From Epiperipatus broadwayi (taxonomy: Eukaryota > Animalia > Onychophora), in contig JAQFVV010000006.1 of the NCBI GenBank assembly GCA_028023455.1, positions 2,480,001 through 2,544,000 on the forward strand: a stretch of DNA of 64,000 bases. Direction: 5' to 3'. A model generated the notes under the pieces. It did not search any database and was not told where the DNA came from. It worked only from the letters and a program-made list of their open reading frames with translations. Both the position numbers and the translations under genes were made by a program. Each line of letters opens with the position of its first letter. The stretch's first letter is position 1. Positions 24,990 to 38,355 of this stretch are shown here, piece after piece.

Positions 24990-26455
24990 TCTAAATAAAT
25001 AAATAGAATGCTCATTCTTGAGAACCACCACTCTCCTTTCTGGATCTATTCAACAATCAATTGCTTAAATCCACTATTTGTTTGTTTTATTAATTCTTAT
25101 TTGTACTTTGTTTAGTAAACCTTATTTGATGTTTTATAGATTTTTTAACAAGGACATCCCTCTTTATTATGTATCAACTGGAAATTCAGTAATTGATGAC
25201 TCTATCAATATTGATAAATCATGTACATGCCATCACTGTATATATGAAAGATTTAGAGATATTTTTTTATAGTGGAGAATTGTTGGACTTAACAGAGTTC
25301 ATTCTTAGGAATGAAAGTGTCATTCTCTCACCCACTTTATTTAATATATTCAATAATTCACTTTACATAATGCTAGCAATAAATGAGAATTAGAACTGAT
25401 TCAAAATTTTATAGAATAGTCTTCCACCGGATTCAGTTCTCTCCCCAAATATATTCATCAATGATTCTTTCAAAATATAATTCCTGGTATAGAAAAGTTT
25501 CTCAATAAAGATATTCAAAGACTGGGATTGTACTCTTAATCCAATGAAGATATACTGAAATTTTCATTTAAGCAACAGGGAATTATTGTAATCTGAAAAT
25601 CTTTTACAATAATAGACTGAAATGCAATTCTACACCATAATTGATTAGGAGTAATTTACGATCATAGCCTAACTTATTTTCCTTATTTAGTTAAGATTAT
25701 ATTAAAATTAATTTCTAGTAATAGCCTCTTTGGAAACCTAGCTGGCACTACTTGGGGTTATCGTTCTAAATACTTTATGGACAGCTTCCTTAACTTTAGT
25801 ATATTCTGCTGGTGAATATGGTGCTCTTGTTTAGAGAAAATGTTCCTATACTAAGCTTCTGGATTCTCATTTAAATATAACAGTGGGCAATACTACTGGT
25901 ATACTCAAGTGTATTTTTATGCAATGATTTCCTGTTAATTTACATATCCCTCTATTAGATATCATAAAAGAAGTTTCTTAACAGAAAATGTATCGAAAGC
26001 TGTTATGCAGATCAAATTCACCAAGAACTCTAGATATGGTTTCACTACTTAAGACTCATCTCAAATCAAGATTTTCTTTTTGGTAGTTCAAATAAAAATT
26101 TACTATCAAAAAATTATGCTATAAAAAAGGGGAATTCTTACGAAGTTTCAAACAAAAGTCTTTTTTCAGACCCAAGAATAAAGCCATCTGGATTTGATCT
26201 TCCTAGGTACAATTGTAGTGTCATGAACAGATTCCGAACTACACATCATTATGCTTATATGTTTTATAGATGACATGTATCTGTCACTGGTATATGTCAC
26301 ATATGGACAAACAGAAACCATGAACCATATGGTTAATTATTGTCAACTTTATAGCTGCAATAGCAGATTTAAAAGCCTTAATAAAGTCATTAGTGATTCT
26401 ATTTCCTGGTTTGAATCCCTGCGGATTGTTTTAAGATATCTTGCTAATACTTAAG
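24990..26455 (+). mobile_element. Heavily decayed non-LTR retrotransposon, probably RTE-X
   Basis: VILSPTLFNIFNNSL (RT) in ORF 25193-25393. C-terminal GQTETMNHMVNYCQL...FKSLNKVISDSISWFESL resembles the RTE-X CxCG..QTM.HIV..CP...A..WL tail. Confidence 0.65.
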
Positions 26456-28814
26456 ATGGCAAAAAAATATCTGTATGCCAAATAATTAAGAGATCCTACT
26501 AGAGAAAAGAAGTATCAATAGTAGTATATTGAGATTATAATGGCCTATAAATAGGTTTGTAAAGTTATACAATAGTAATTGTATGCTAAACAAATAGAAA
26601 TATTAGTAATGCATTTTATTTTATTGTTGCCCTTTATTGTTAAAGTCCTTTGTAGCATAAATTTTATTGTATCCATTTGTCGTGCTTATAATTTGACTAG
26701 TTGACTCGTAACCATCGTAGCTAGCCTCTAATATTGTTTTTAAGTAGGTATATGTCTATTTTTAAAAGGCAAAAATGTCAATGCCATGGGAGAAAACAAT
26801 TGGGATAGCATGTAAATGAGCATTGAACCCATTGGTTTTTACCATTACCATTTATTCCTTCACAATGTCAAAAGATGATGTATACATATACAGCATTCTT
26901 CAACATTATTTCCTAACATTTTTCTTATTTGGAGTTTTTTTTAGAAATAATTTCCCCATTTAGAATTACTAAAATACTATTTCAAATTTAGTAAAGCTTT
27001 ACTACTGTAATAATTTAGAATTGCCATAAATAAATGCGTAGGAAGTAATGTAATTGTCTCATTTGTAATAACCGTTATTATAAATATGAAATAAATTATT
27101 CTTTATTATTGCAAAATATAATTCGTTTTATTTATGGATGAAATAAATGTCTTAAATTATTTCAAACTATGTTGCTTCAAATTTTGTAGATAAAAACGGG
27201 AGAAAAAAAACTAAGCAAAATGTTTATTTGTTTGTTTTTTAACTTAGAAATAAATAAAATGGAAATAAGTTATAATTAATTTTTAACGTATATGTTCAGT
27301 CATTAACGTTAGAAGCTATTCATAAACAAGTATAACTATTATCCAGAAAGAGAGGGGGAAGGTAGAAATATAAAGTACAAAAAGCTAATAAAGAATTTGC
27401 ACAACCAGAGATGCAAAAGCACGCATCTACTGCACACATTGATCCTTTCTTCTGCTGCTTGACTTCCTGCAGCTCTGAGGAATTTCAATACTTTGCCATT
27501 TTTATATAAAATAAACTTTATTAATAGCAAATGTACAAATATTAACATATATACAAAAGAGAGAAAAAATTACATGACGTGTGATACACGAATTATGAAA
27601 ACATAATCATTAAGACTAATGTTTGAGGATAGATGAAAATGATTCTGTTTAATGTATGTGAATGTGTAATTTATATGCTTCATATCATTCTAAAGTAATG
27701 TACAACTATTAAAAATATTATTTTGCCAAATTTTGCTCACAATTTTTTAGATAAGTATTTTAGAGCATACAGATAGTATTATACCATTCCTTAATTCTAC
27801 GAAAATTTGAGCACTATGAATATGACCCTCTAGGTTGAAAGCATGGCCTCAGCTAGTTTTAACTGAAATAAATCTAATCCTTTTTTAAGAAGCAAATGAG
27901 TGCTAGTAATAGAATTATACCACTCATTATTATTTTTTTAAGGATATACTTTTTGTTGTCAAAAATTACAGAGCAGCGAGCAAACCACATGGTTCCGAGC
28001 GTATGAATAATTACCGGACATTATAAGGATGAAAGGTTTTGATATTTTTCTCAAACAATTGTTTAACATTAATTATTTCTTCTGGTTAATTATTACACAA
28101 GATACGTGGTATCCAGATTCAATTCAAATCAGTTAATGAGGAAGGTTTTGGTATGAATTATATCTAAGTTAAACAAAAATTTTAACCATGATTGCGGAAC
28201 ACATATTATGGAATCTGATTCAAGTTTTGGCAATTGGCAGAGTTGACCTTAAATGTATGTTAGGATTTTTTTTTTCATATCTTTAAATGAAACACCAACT
28301 AAGGATTTAATATTATAATTGCCTAACAGAACTGCATGCTCAAGAGTATGATCAGTAAAAAAAGGAATGACTTGTATACGGAAATGAAGGAAGCAATATT
28401 ATTGGAGGAGGAGCGATATCAATTTGCATAATTGTAGTTCTGCATTGTATCCTATTTTCGACTGTTATCTCTCAGTGAAAACAATCATTATATCATTTCT
28501 TCACAATCTCTTTGGAATAATCCCCATAATTTAATGGTGATTGTGTTCTCCATGAAAAGCTAGTTCATGTTTTCTACATAAAATACTTTTTTTAAAATCA
28601 TCTGATTTTCATTCACTTTACATGCGCAATTCAATGAATATTGGCCTAATAATAGTAAATTTAATACCATTTCATCCAGAAAAACCAAAAAAACCTGTAG
28701 AAATATCTATGATTTTGGCATTATATTTTCAGAGTTTCAGCAAGTATTTTGAAGAGAAAATTTTTCAGGGTGTTTATGTTTCAATTACAGTGAAATATAC
28801 TTCTCACTTTTTAT

Positions 28815-29778
28815 AATATATAATATTCTGAAAAATATTTATCAAAATGCAACAGAAATGATTAGATTACATAGTAATACTAGGAAAATTAACATTGAGA
28901 AGGATGCAAGACAAATTGACTCCATATCTCACAAAATTTTTTACATCAGTTTTGCAAGAAATATTTTGTGAATTAAATGGAAAGCTGGTGGAGTAAAAAA
29001 TAAATGGAGATTATTTAAATCATATAGATTTTTCAGAAAATGGTAATTATTTTTAGAAAATAATGCTTCAGAGCTTCGGGAAATGTTGCAATATTTATCA
29101 GATGAAAGTAAGAAAGTAGGATTAAAGGTAAATGTTAAAAAAGACTAAAGTAATGTTCAATGGATTTTTTGAAAAGAAGAAAATAAAGATTGGTAATGAG
29201 GAATATGAAGAAATTAATAACTACAAATACCCCGGTCAGATTATTAATACATTATAGGAACATAATGGATGGAATTAACTGTAGAATTAAATGTTGAAAG
29301 GAAATAGGACTATCTGTTTGAAAAGAAAGGTTTTTAATAGATGTGTTTTACCAGTTCTTACTTATGGATCTGAGACTTGGTTACTTAACAAGAGAACAGT
29401 ACAGAGACTTCAAACCACTCAACAAAGTATGGGAAAATGTGTATTAGGAGTAACAACAAAGATTAGAAAATGAAATATATAGTTGAGAGAGCAAACCAGT
29501 ATTATTGACATCATCGAAAGAATTAGGAGACTAATGAGGAGCTAGATTGGACATATTGCTAGAAGAAATAATAATTTGATGGATGATTGAAATCTTAAAC
29601 TGGATTCCAAGAGATTGTAAAAGACCTGTAAAGAGACTACATGTGAGATGGATGAATGAAATAAGGAAGTGTGCTGAGATTATGTGGAGAAAAGATGCTT
29701 GAGATTAGAGAAACTGGATTAAACTTGGTGAGATTTTCTTTCTGCAGCATCAAAAAAGGTTTAAAATGATGATGATGA
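28815..29778 (+). mobile_element. RTE-clade LINE, decayed 3' ~1 kb with (GAT)n tail
   Basis: ORF 29291-29473 LKRKVFNRCVLPVLTYGSETW. Tail gatgatgatgat at ~29767. Confidence 0.9.
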
Positions 29779-29819
29779 TATATATGTAAGTAAGAGGGGC
29801 TAGTCTAATGCCAACTTTA

Positions 29820-29904
29820 GTAAGCTTGAGTGATTATTGTATGATAGGGTATACACTACTCGTAAGCTTGAGTGATTATTGTATGATAGGGTATACACTA
29901 CTCC
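29820..29904. repeat. Perfect tandem duplication, period ~42 bp
   Basis: taagcttgagtgattattgtatgatagggtatacactactc occurs twice. Confidence 0.9.
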
Positions 29905-30300
29905 CAAATTGTTGAAAGTGGGTAGAAACCTGTGCCTACCTTATATGAGAGTTGTGTGGTGAAATTTATTGAAACTATCAATGCAGATGTTTATACTTCT
30001 ATAACATTACCGTAACACTATTTATTGAATGCAATCTAAATTCTATATTATAAGCTAGGGATAATAAGTTTAATAAATGGTTAGTAATAATCATTAATAT
30101 ACTTAAAGTGGTTTGTGTTAAAGTTGTGAATGCAGTAAGTTTGACACATGTAATCAAACAACAGTAATTTTCTATCTATAAAATACTAAGCAAATATATA
30201 AGAGATTGTGATCTGGGCTAAAACTGATGAGTCCTGATTTAGCATAGACATTTTGGGAATCATTAATTTTTTTCACATGTCTTTGGTCATATCTTTCAGG
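29905..30300 (+). mobile_element. Decayed copy of the ~355-bp retrozyme-like unit (HHR remnant ~30220-30260)
   Basis: agagattgtgatctgggctaaaactgatgagtcctgatttagcat, plus upstream body homologous to 7400-7670. Confidence 0.6.
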
Positions 30301-30439
30301 AATGTATGAACAGAAGTATGAAATATATTAAAAATATAAACAGGAAATTATCCAAAAAATGTCTATATGAAATTAAATTATAACATGCTACATATATCTT
30401 TGCTTGTGTGAAAAAGTGAAGTAGTTGTTTCAAATGTTA

Positions 30440-31800
30440 TGAGAGAGGTTGTTCTAACTTTTGGACTAATGGATTGCTGTGATAATAGATAAGGTTGAAA
30501 GATATGCTGATAAAAACAAAGAACATAATATATATACACACCATGGACATTTATCAAATGATATGTTCACAAAATGTAAATGTGCTTCATATATGATTTT
30601 TCATAAGATTGAAAAGTTGTGCCACCAAGAAATATTACGTAAATATATAATGTGTGAAACCTTGGGTGGTTTTGTGCAGTGGTCAAATGGCAGACCTTGA
30701 AGGTCAAGGGTCATGAGTTACAGCCCAGCATTTATCACTTCCTGCACTTAAGCTACTTACAACCTCCTGAAACAAGAAAGCCATTCCAATATTATTACTA
30801 CTGCAATTTATAAAGGGTATAAAGAAATATTGTCTCTTTTTCCTGCTTATTTTTATTATACAAACATCTATGAATCTGTTCATCCTGTAGATAAGACATC
30901 TATTAAGCTATTTATGAGTGAATGCAGTTGTTCTTAGATTGAAGAGTTTTAAATAATCTTTTTATAGAATATAACAGTGTCTATTATGCCTCTTTAATGA
31001 TTATTTATCATTAAATATATACTGATGATATGAGCTTCATAAAGTTTATGATAGCTCTAAATTGAAATGGCTCACTAAATTATATTAAGAGATTAGCTGG
31101 CTGGCTGACCATCATCAAAGATGAATTGAGCATTTCATTTGAATACATTACTCCGATGCTTAGTCAGTTCCATCTGTCTTCAAGCAAAGAACTTAATATA
31201 TATTATTAGAACCTTGGCATACTAAAGACTGTGCTAGACCAGAAATCCAGTTGCTCTTATTTATAGCATATGTAAGCTAAAGAATTAAGTGCTATTATTA
31301 TGCTGGCATACATCTTCCATTAACTTGGATATTATAATAAAAAGCTGCTGAACAGGGATCGGACCTACCTGTGCAAGAAGATTAGTTAGCTTTGTAATCT
31401 TGAAATGTTTAGAATTTCAGGCCTTAAGCTTGATGCTAGGCTAGGAATTAAAGTTGGTTACCAGATGCATAACCACACTGGCTTCAATTTTGAAATCCAA
31501 ATTCTCATTAATAAAAGGAGGAGAAAAAAAAAACAATATTCCCAAGTGCTTTTATTTTTATCAGTGTGACAGAAGTCATAAAGCTGGTTCGCCATCTTGA
31601 ACTTCAATGTCTGCCGCTTTAACACTGCCCCAAACCATACAGGGCTTCATACTCTCGTAGTCACCCGATATGACAAAGTGCCGCAACATTGCAATCTTGT
31701 AGAAAATCCTATATAAAGCATATTTCCGTTTTGTGAACATGTCTTTTGACAAATGTCCGTATGTGTATATATTTGTTTTGAAATTCAATAAGTTCTTTCA
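30440..31800. repeat. Two homologous copies (30440-30740 +, 31570-31800 -) of a repeat ending in a tRNA-like segment
   Basis: Shared catggacatttatcaaatgatatgttcacaaaatg. Segment gcagtggtcaaatggcagaccttgaaggtc is A-box/anticodon-arm-like. Confidence 0.5.
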
Positions 31801-33224
31801 TCTGTAACTAATAAGTTTATCACATTTCTGTAATAACCACCTTCTGTGATTTATCGTTGGTAAGAGCAGTAATAAATATTGATTTTCTTATGTTTTTTTA
31901 ATGAATCATAACCTTTGAAAATTCTTTTAACTATTTCATTATTTAAAGAAAGAACCCCAGGTATCCTTTGTTATCGATTTTAATTTGGTTCAGTCGATAA
32001 CTTGTTTTCGCATTTTATTACAAAATCTTTTTCTATTTTTTTTTTTTTTTTAGTTGATTGTCTAAATGAGTAGAAACTTTTTTTAAAAAATAGTATATGT
32101 GATATTTTCACAAAGGTGATAATATAAAACTATTTTAAAATATTTATAGCGATTGTAAAAACGTTTGATATTATAAATGATTTAGTTTACGACAGCCTAT
32201 GTATTCAAAGAGCTTCCAAAAACCCCTTTTAGGGGAACCAATAGTCCAAAGCAGTTTTCACCAGGTATTTGATAGCTGGGTGGTAAATATTTGAGTGATT
32301 TTTGGTCTTTGTTTTACTGTCTAACTAAAGATATTTAGATACCCGTTTTTTGATTAATATTTGATGACTAGTTATTGTGGCTAGCAACTTGAGATAAAAT
32401 TCTAAACCTCTTGAGAATTTTACTCAGCTGTTGCATTTGAACCCTGGATTGAAATTACGGAAGTTGGCTGTGCAACTTCTGCACCACAGTAAATTATGTT
32501 GTGGAGATCTTCAATCAATGGAGATTATAAATTTCTGATCATAAACTTAACATGAGTAAACATAAATAAGTTTGTAAAACTATTTCACGATACAAGTTCG
32601 TTCGAATACATTCTAAGATAGTTTTATAAGCTAGATTCCTATGGAGTCGCTTCTATATAAATCTGTAAATAACACTCATCTTTTGTTATATCAGAACCAA
32701 TCTATTTTGTCAGGTTAAAAATGGCTTGTTAATTGTTTTAATAACATATTAAATACTGGGTTTTTCTGTGAGTTTATATTCTTAGCATTATATATTTGAT
32801 AATGCAAAAAAATTATTTACGTGCTCATTAAAATAATTAATATTTCATTTAAATAAATTTGTAAACATGGTTATAATATTTTTTTTAAAAAATATCATTT
32901 AAGTAGAATCAAAGCCCCCCCCCCCCCTTTGAGACTTACTATCCTAATAATAATAGACCTTGGGATGTAGTATCTGCTATCCATGCCATCATTCTGAAGT
33001 GCAATTTTAAACTGAGTGAACTTGGAATTTTTTTTTTTTTTAGGACAAGCAGGCTTAAATTTCTTTTCAGGTAATTAGCTCATGGTTATCTAGCTACTAT
33101 TATCTAGGGAGTAAAGGTCACAGGTTTAATCAGGGTTAGGAAAACATTGTAAGCCAAATGCCAACTGGTGATTATTTTAATGTTCTTTCATTCTTATTTT
33201 ATCCTGCTTTGTAAGAGAAGCCAA

Positions 33225-33705
33225 CTACATTTGTTTTAACTTTTCAAATTTAGACAACTTGTTAGTAATAACATACAAAAAATTGTAATGACATGTTTTG
33301 AGTAGTATTATTTTCTACTCTCTTTCAGGTGTTGCTGGCCTGACCAGTGAAAGTATTAACATAAGATTTAAACTCGGCACCTTTAGATTCTCTAATATTG
33401 AATTTAAGATGTTATGTTGCTGGCCTAACCAGTGATAGTATTAGTATAGGATACAAACTCTCACCTTTAGATTCTGGAATATCAAATTTAAGGCAAATGT
33501 CTTAAAATTTGATATTCAATAATCTAAAGGTGTGAATTCAACTCCTATGCTAATACTGTCACTGGTCAGAGTAGCAACACCTGAAGGAGAGTGGAGAATA
33601 AATAATACTATTCGAAACATTGTGTCATTACTAAACTGTGTTGACTTTTTGTGTGTTATTACTAACATGTTCTTTGTATTTGAAAAGTTTAAATAAAGAT
33701 TAAAA
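33225..33705. mobile_element. Fold-back pair of family-E tRNA-headed HHR elements; HHRs at 33577-33625 (+) and ~33288-33335 (-)
   Basis: ACAC CTGAAGG A GAGTGG..CTATTC GAAA CAT T GTGT. The mirror copy has helix II GAGTAG/CTACTC. Homologous to 54640-54870. Confidence 0.8.
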
Positions 33706-35094
33706 TTTCCTATACTTCAACATTTACTGACAGATGATGACAATAGTCCAACATATTATCACATGTAATATACCATCATCACAAACCTTTAACCCAACTA
33801 CATTCTTTGTAACAGCCAGTTTTGGATTACTAATTGGGTTGGCTATGGTCCAGCAGCCTGAAAACAAAAATTTTGAGCCTGCCTAGAACCTGGAAAATTT
33901 TTCTGAATTTTAGATCTTGAGTCTGAGCAAATAGGCTATCACTTTGCTGCACATCCTTTTGTGTGTCCAATTATAATATACTTGGCATGGCTTCAAGTCA
34001 ATTTTGAATGCTAGATTTTATAATAATTTTCGAGTCACTAAAGGTAATTACATGACCTCATTACTTGCTCATTTCCGGAGCACACTTTGAAATCACAAAC
34101 TCATTTAATTGTATATATATATTGAAAATGTTCACAAAAACTACATTATGTAAATTCTAACTTTTTTATATAATATTGGAGGGGGGAAACATTTGTCTAT
34201 GCAATCTAAAGAATATACAATTTTTAAAAATATCTTTACTTTCATCATAAATATAACGGAAATTCTAATCTTATATATATATCAAAAGCATGTAATGTCT
34301 AAAATGCAATATTTTGAAATCTGCTTGGCCTGGATAAATTTATTTTTTTTTTTAAGTTCTAATCAAATTTACGATTCTTTTTAAGTAACTGATTTATCGC
34401 AAGTATTTGGCTTGAGATCTGTGATGATGACATTTTTTGGTATTAATTATTTGATGAATTATTTCCATCTTTTAATATTAAATATCCATCTTCGGGCGAA
34501 AAACAATACTTCCTAAGCAAGATATCAATGATTAAAAAAAGAGATGAAACCCTAGCGTCAACAAACAAATATAAAGACTCATTGAGCCTTCTCAAAATGC
34601 AGGAATCCGAACCCGATTGACCGGAAAGGGTCAAATAAATTAAAGAACTACAGACCCAATAACACCGTATATGTAGTAATACATACGACAAAGAGAAACG
34701 ACATAACCCAGCAGAGAGAACTGACTAAAGAAAGACTCAAACTACTCCAGATGGCTTAAACTCTTACACATCACTAATGAAGCTTAACCTTTAGTTGACA
34801 TCATGCCTTAGTAATACATAGTTTGTCTGTCTAATAAAAATACTTCAGGATCTCCTGACACTCAACTGTAACCTCTATAAGCCTTGTTCTTTACACATGA
34901 CATCAATCTGTAAGTGGTCTATATCTAAGTATATATGTCATTTGAAATGTATCGCCACTGTAGCTTTTGTAACTCACTGATGTCATCTTATATTTTCGAT
35001 CAATAAAGTTTACTTTGAAAGTATTGAATGTCTTTAGAAAAAAAATTTTTTTGCAAATATATTCAACTGTTAGGAATAACATGGAGATTAATAT

Positions 35095-35240
35095 ATAACA
35101 TGTTTCTAATGGTATTATTCTCTTCTTTTTTTCAAGTGACTTGACCAGTGACGGTATTAGCATAGGGATCAAATTCGGACTTTCAGATTTGTGAATATTG
35201 AATTTATGGTAATGTTCTACCCAACTGAGCATTACTTTGA
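35095..35240 (-). mobile_element. Decayed family-E copy
   Basis: ctacccaactgagca (tRNA head, reverse complement), gaccagtgacggtattagc and a decayed HHR at ~35100-35145. Confidence 0.55.
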
Positions 35241-35409
35241 AACCAATATTCGTAGAATCTAAAGATCTGGATTCGATTCCCAGGATCATTAACCAGACCA
35301 GCTATAAGAAGAAAGAATAATCATACTCAAAACGTTATGCCATATATTAACCCATATTTGGACAGTTTAAATGAGATGTAAAAAAATTTATAAAGACATT
35401 CAATATATT

Positions 35410-35522
35410 TTTTTTCTTTTCATATGTCATAGCATCGGCCGGGAAGCGAACTCCCAACAACCGTCTGCAACCAACTGCTTGCTTGCAAGGCGGCTGCGCT
35501 AACCTCTCGGCTAACAACGCTT
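35410..35522 (-). mobile_element. tRNA-Gly-derived SINE
   Basis: catatgtcatagcatcggccgggaagcgaac family signature. Confidence 0.8.
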
Positions 35523-35799
35523 GCCAAGACATTCAATATTTAATATTAAATGATTGAAATAGTACAATACTTATAACAATGTCGATAACTATTCACTATT
35601 GGAACGTAAATGAGTGTCTAAGTGTTTTTAGATAAATGATAAAACAGGAATGGAAAATCGCTTAAATCCTCACTATCCAGTTGTTAACAAGTTTTCTGAG
35701 TAGTTTTTTTAATAAGCTGTTGTTAAATTTATCATATATAATATTTAAATACATGTATATTATATTATTCCCATCCCTCTCATGTATAATTAAATGGCC

Positions 35800-35991
35800 A
35801 TATTAAGGTCCTATGTGTGATGGAGCAGATTGACTTAAGGTCAACAGGTATAACAATAATATTGGCATCAACAAGGGCTTTGAGCAATTTATCCTCGGAT
35901 TTTCAATGATATGGATGACTGAAGAGTTGGAGGGTGGAGAAGATTGAAGCTTGTCCATTAAATGCTATCTTGATATAAACTGAGCAGTGAT

Positions 35992-36023
<32 letters not shown>

Positions 36024-36190
36024 GAAAATGGTGATCTGGATCAACTGATGAGTGTGGGTTCTGCATGAAATACATATATTGATCATCGATCTTTTTCACT
36101 TGTATGTGGTCATGTGTATCAATTATATAAAATGCATTGGATAGCTGTGGGGAGTTTGAAAGTCTGAGTTCAAGTCCTTATAATTTATCA
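35800..36190 (+). mobile_element. Family-A element; HHR at 36039-36084
   Basis: GATCAA CTGATGA GTGTGG gtt CTGCAT GAAA TACATAT A TTGATC. B-box-like gagttcaagtcc lies downstream. Confidence 0.75.
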
Positions 36191-36273
36191 TATATATATA
36201 TGAGAGAAATGGTCTTTGATTACAAATTGTATTAGTTTTTTCCTCAGTTAATTTGCGCTATTTTTTTAATCAG

Positions 36274-36276
<3 letters not shown>

Positions 36277-36320
<44 letters not shown>

Positions 36321-36347
36321 GTTGTTGTTGTTGTTGTGGTTGTTATT
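36277..36347. repeat. (TAT)n/(TGT)n microsatellite
   Basis: Direct inspection. Confidence 0.95.
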
Positions 36348-36984
36348 GTGAAAATGAAAAAAATATATCAGATTATGAATTTCACACCATCAGTAATAAC
36401 TGAAACACAGGCTTATTCTATACCTGTGTCTATATATGTAATATATAGGGTATATGAGCACAGACTTTCAGATAGTAAGTGTTAGCAGTAACGCATTGAA
36501 ATATCCCCTCTGAATGCAGTTAGTTAAATGTTCGTTCAAGCTGAAATGTAACTGTATAATTATTCAGTGGAACTTCAGTTTTTTTTTTGTGTACATAGTG
36601 TAGAAAAATAAAAAAGTATTTAAATTTATTTTTTTACCGAAACCAAAAAAAAAAAAGAAATTTACTTTCCAAATCGTTAAATTTAAAATTGGCAGATATT
36701 TTTTAAAACTGCATTTACATATAATAGTCATTATTAAAGTTAACAATATAGACCTAATTATTAAGATTGACACCTAAATCATGTAATAGGTATATTTAAC
36801 AACAAAACCAGCTGCTAGTGAATAATTTTTATCATTCAGACCTTGAAATTCAAGTTATTTATATGAACATTGATAGATATGAATTGTATATACACACATC
36901 GTAAAAAAGTATTCAGATTTTTTTTCTTAAGCTATTACAGTACTGACAACCACCTTTCCTATAACATGTTTCAAATAGAAAAAC

Positions 36985-37140
36985 AAGGCAAAACTATCTC
37001 CATACAGTAGTGCCACCCTGTGCCATCCAGAGTAATCAATGGATGCCAGAAGGCTTTGTGCATAAAATCCCTATCTAGTGCCTACTCATCCAATATCCCC
37101 AGACTAGTTTCTGGCTTGTGGCCTTCGTCAGTTTCAAATA
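36985..37140 (-). mobile_element. Family-D HHR repeat; HHR at 37097-37135
   Basis: Minus strand CTGACGA AGGC cacaa GCCA GAAA CTAGT C TGGGG. Confidence 0.75.
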
Positions 37141-38094
37141 GATATGGTCGTATCAGTAGACAGTATATAGTAATGAGATGTTATGTTGTCCTATGACTTT
37201 TCGACCTTCATTTAAGAAAATCCGTGTCTTTGTTCTCTCTTAACATTTTTATTTGTTTTTGTTTTTTTTTTTTTTTGCTTTTATTTTGAGTAGGAAGAAT
37301 TTTTAAAACAAAGAATACAATATACATATAGTAATAATTGGAGCTGTGAACCTTCAAGTGTTAGCTACATTAATTTGACATCTACTTTGCAGATGAAAAA
37401 AATGAATCCATTTTGTCTGAAGCACATGATCTTGGATAATAGATTAAGTGATGATAGTGACATTTATTAGGGCAAACTTCAAATCATTGGAGATATCTAT
37501 GCAGCATCATTTAAATTTGCTTATAATTTAAATTCACCAGGCAGAGTTAATTTCTACTCATTTTAATAATCTTATAAACAATAGGTACATTATTGTGTTT
37601 TCCTGGCTTATATGCAATTAATATTTATTCAAAGTATAAAGTCTTTATTGTTTAATTTCTGCAACTCAGCATACTTCAATATTTGCATGTCATAGTCATA
37701 TTTATGGCATTACTTATCTGAAAGTTATGAATGTATTGTTTTTACTTTTATGTGTTCAAATTCCAGCATGCCCTTTATTATCATTTTATTAGTGGATTGA
37801 TTCAACACATCTGTTAAACTCGTAATGAGCATGTCTCTCAGTTTTTGCTTATGATAATTATATTCTTTGCATATTATCTTTAATTTATCAGAATTAAAAA
37901 TAAGCACACACATTTATATATATATACATATAATAATTATTTCTTACCAGTTTGTTTATGCAGAACAACTTTCAAGTAAAATAAGTAGTACCTACATGTA
38001 TATATATACATTAAATATTCTTTAATTCCAATCCCAATACTCATAAATTTGCAGGCCTCAAAACGTTTTTACATAGGAATTATAATCTTTCTTA

Positions 38095-38355
38095 TTGCAT
38101 TGCCAAACCTAATATCATTTATGTTCTTTATTATTTTTTGTAATGCTTTTTTACAACCTACTATTGACAGTTTTGATTGTGCTAGCAATCTTCTTCAAAA
38201 CTTTTACTTATATTTCCAATCTTGAATTTAGCAGTTAAGATTTGAAATATAAGTAAAAGTTCTGAAGAAGATTGTTGGAGCAATTGAAACTGTCAATAGT
38301 GGGTTGTAGAAAAGCATTGTAAAAGTAATAAAGAACATAAATGATATTAATATTG
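38095..38355. mobile_element. Fold-back element with two HHRs (38259-38297 +, 38163-38201 -)
   Basis: GTT CTGAAGA A GATTG ttggag CAATT GAAA CTGT C AAT (GUC triplet). The mirror copy has CAATC AAAA, so the ancestor was CAATCGAAA. Confidence 0.8.

Noticed and set aside
27339-27548. Host coding exon
   Set aside because: Open frames on both strands, but no clear splice pair or recognisable homology.
34470-34520. HHR on the minus strand (cccgaagatggatatttaatattaaaa)
   Set aside because: Needs several changes in the core and GAAA, and there is no second copy to support it.
34560-34800. LINE RT N-terminal remnant (KGSNKLKNYRP)
   Set aside because: Only a short motif resemblance, and flanking frames do not continue convincingly.
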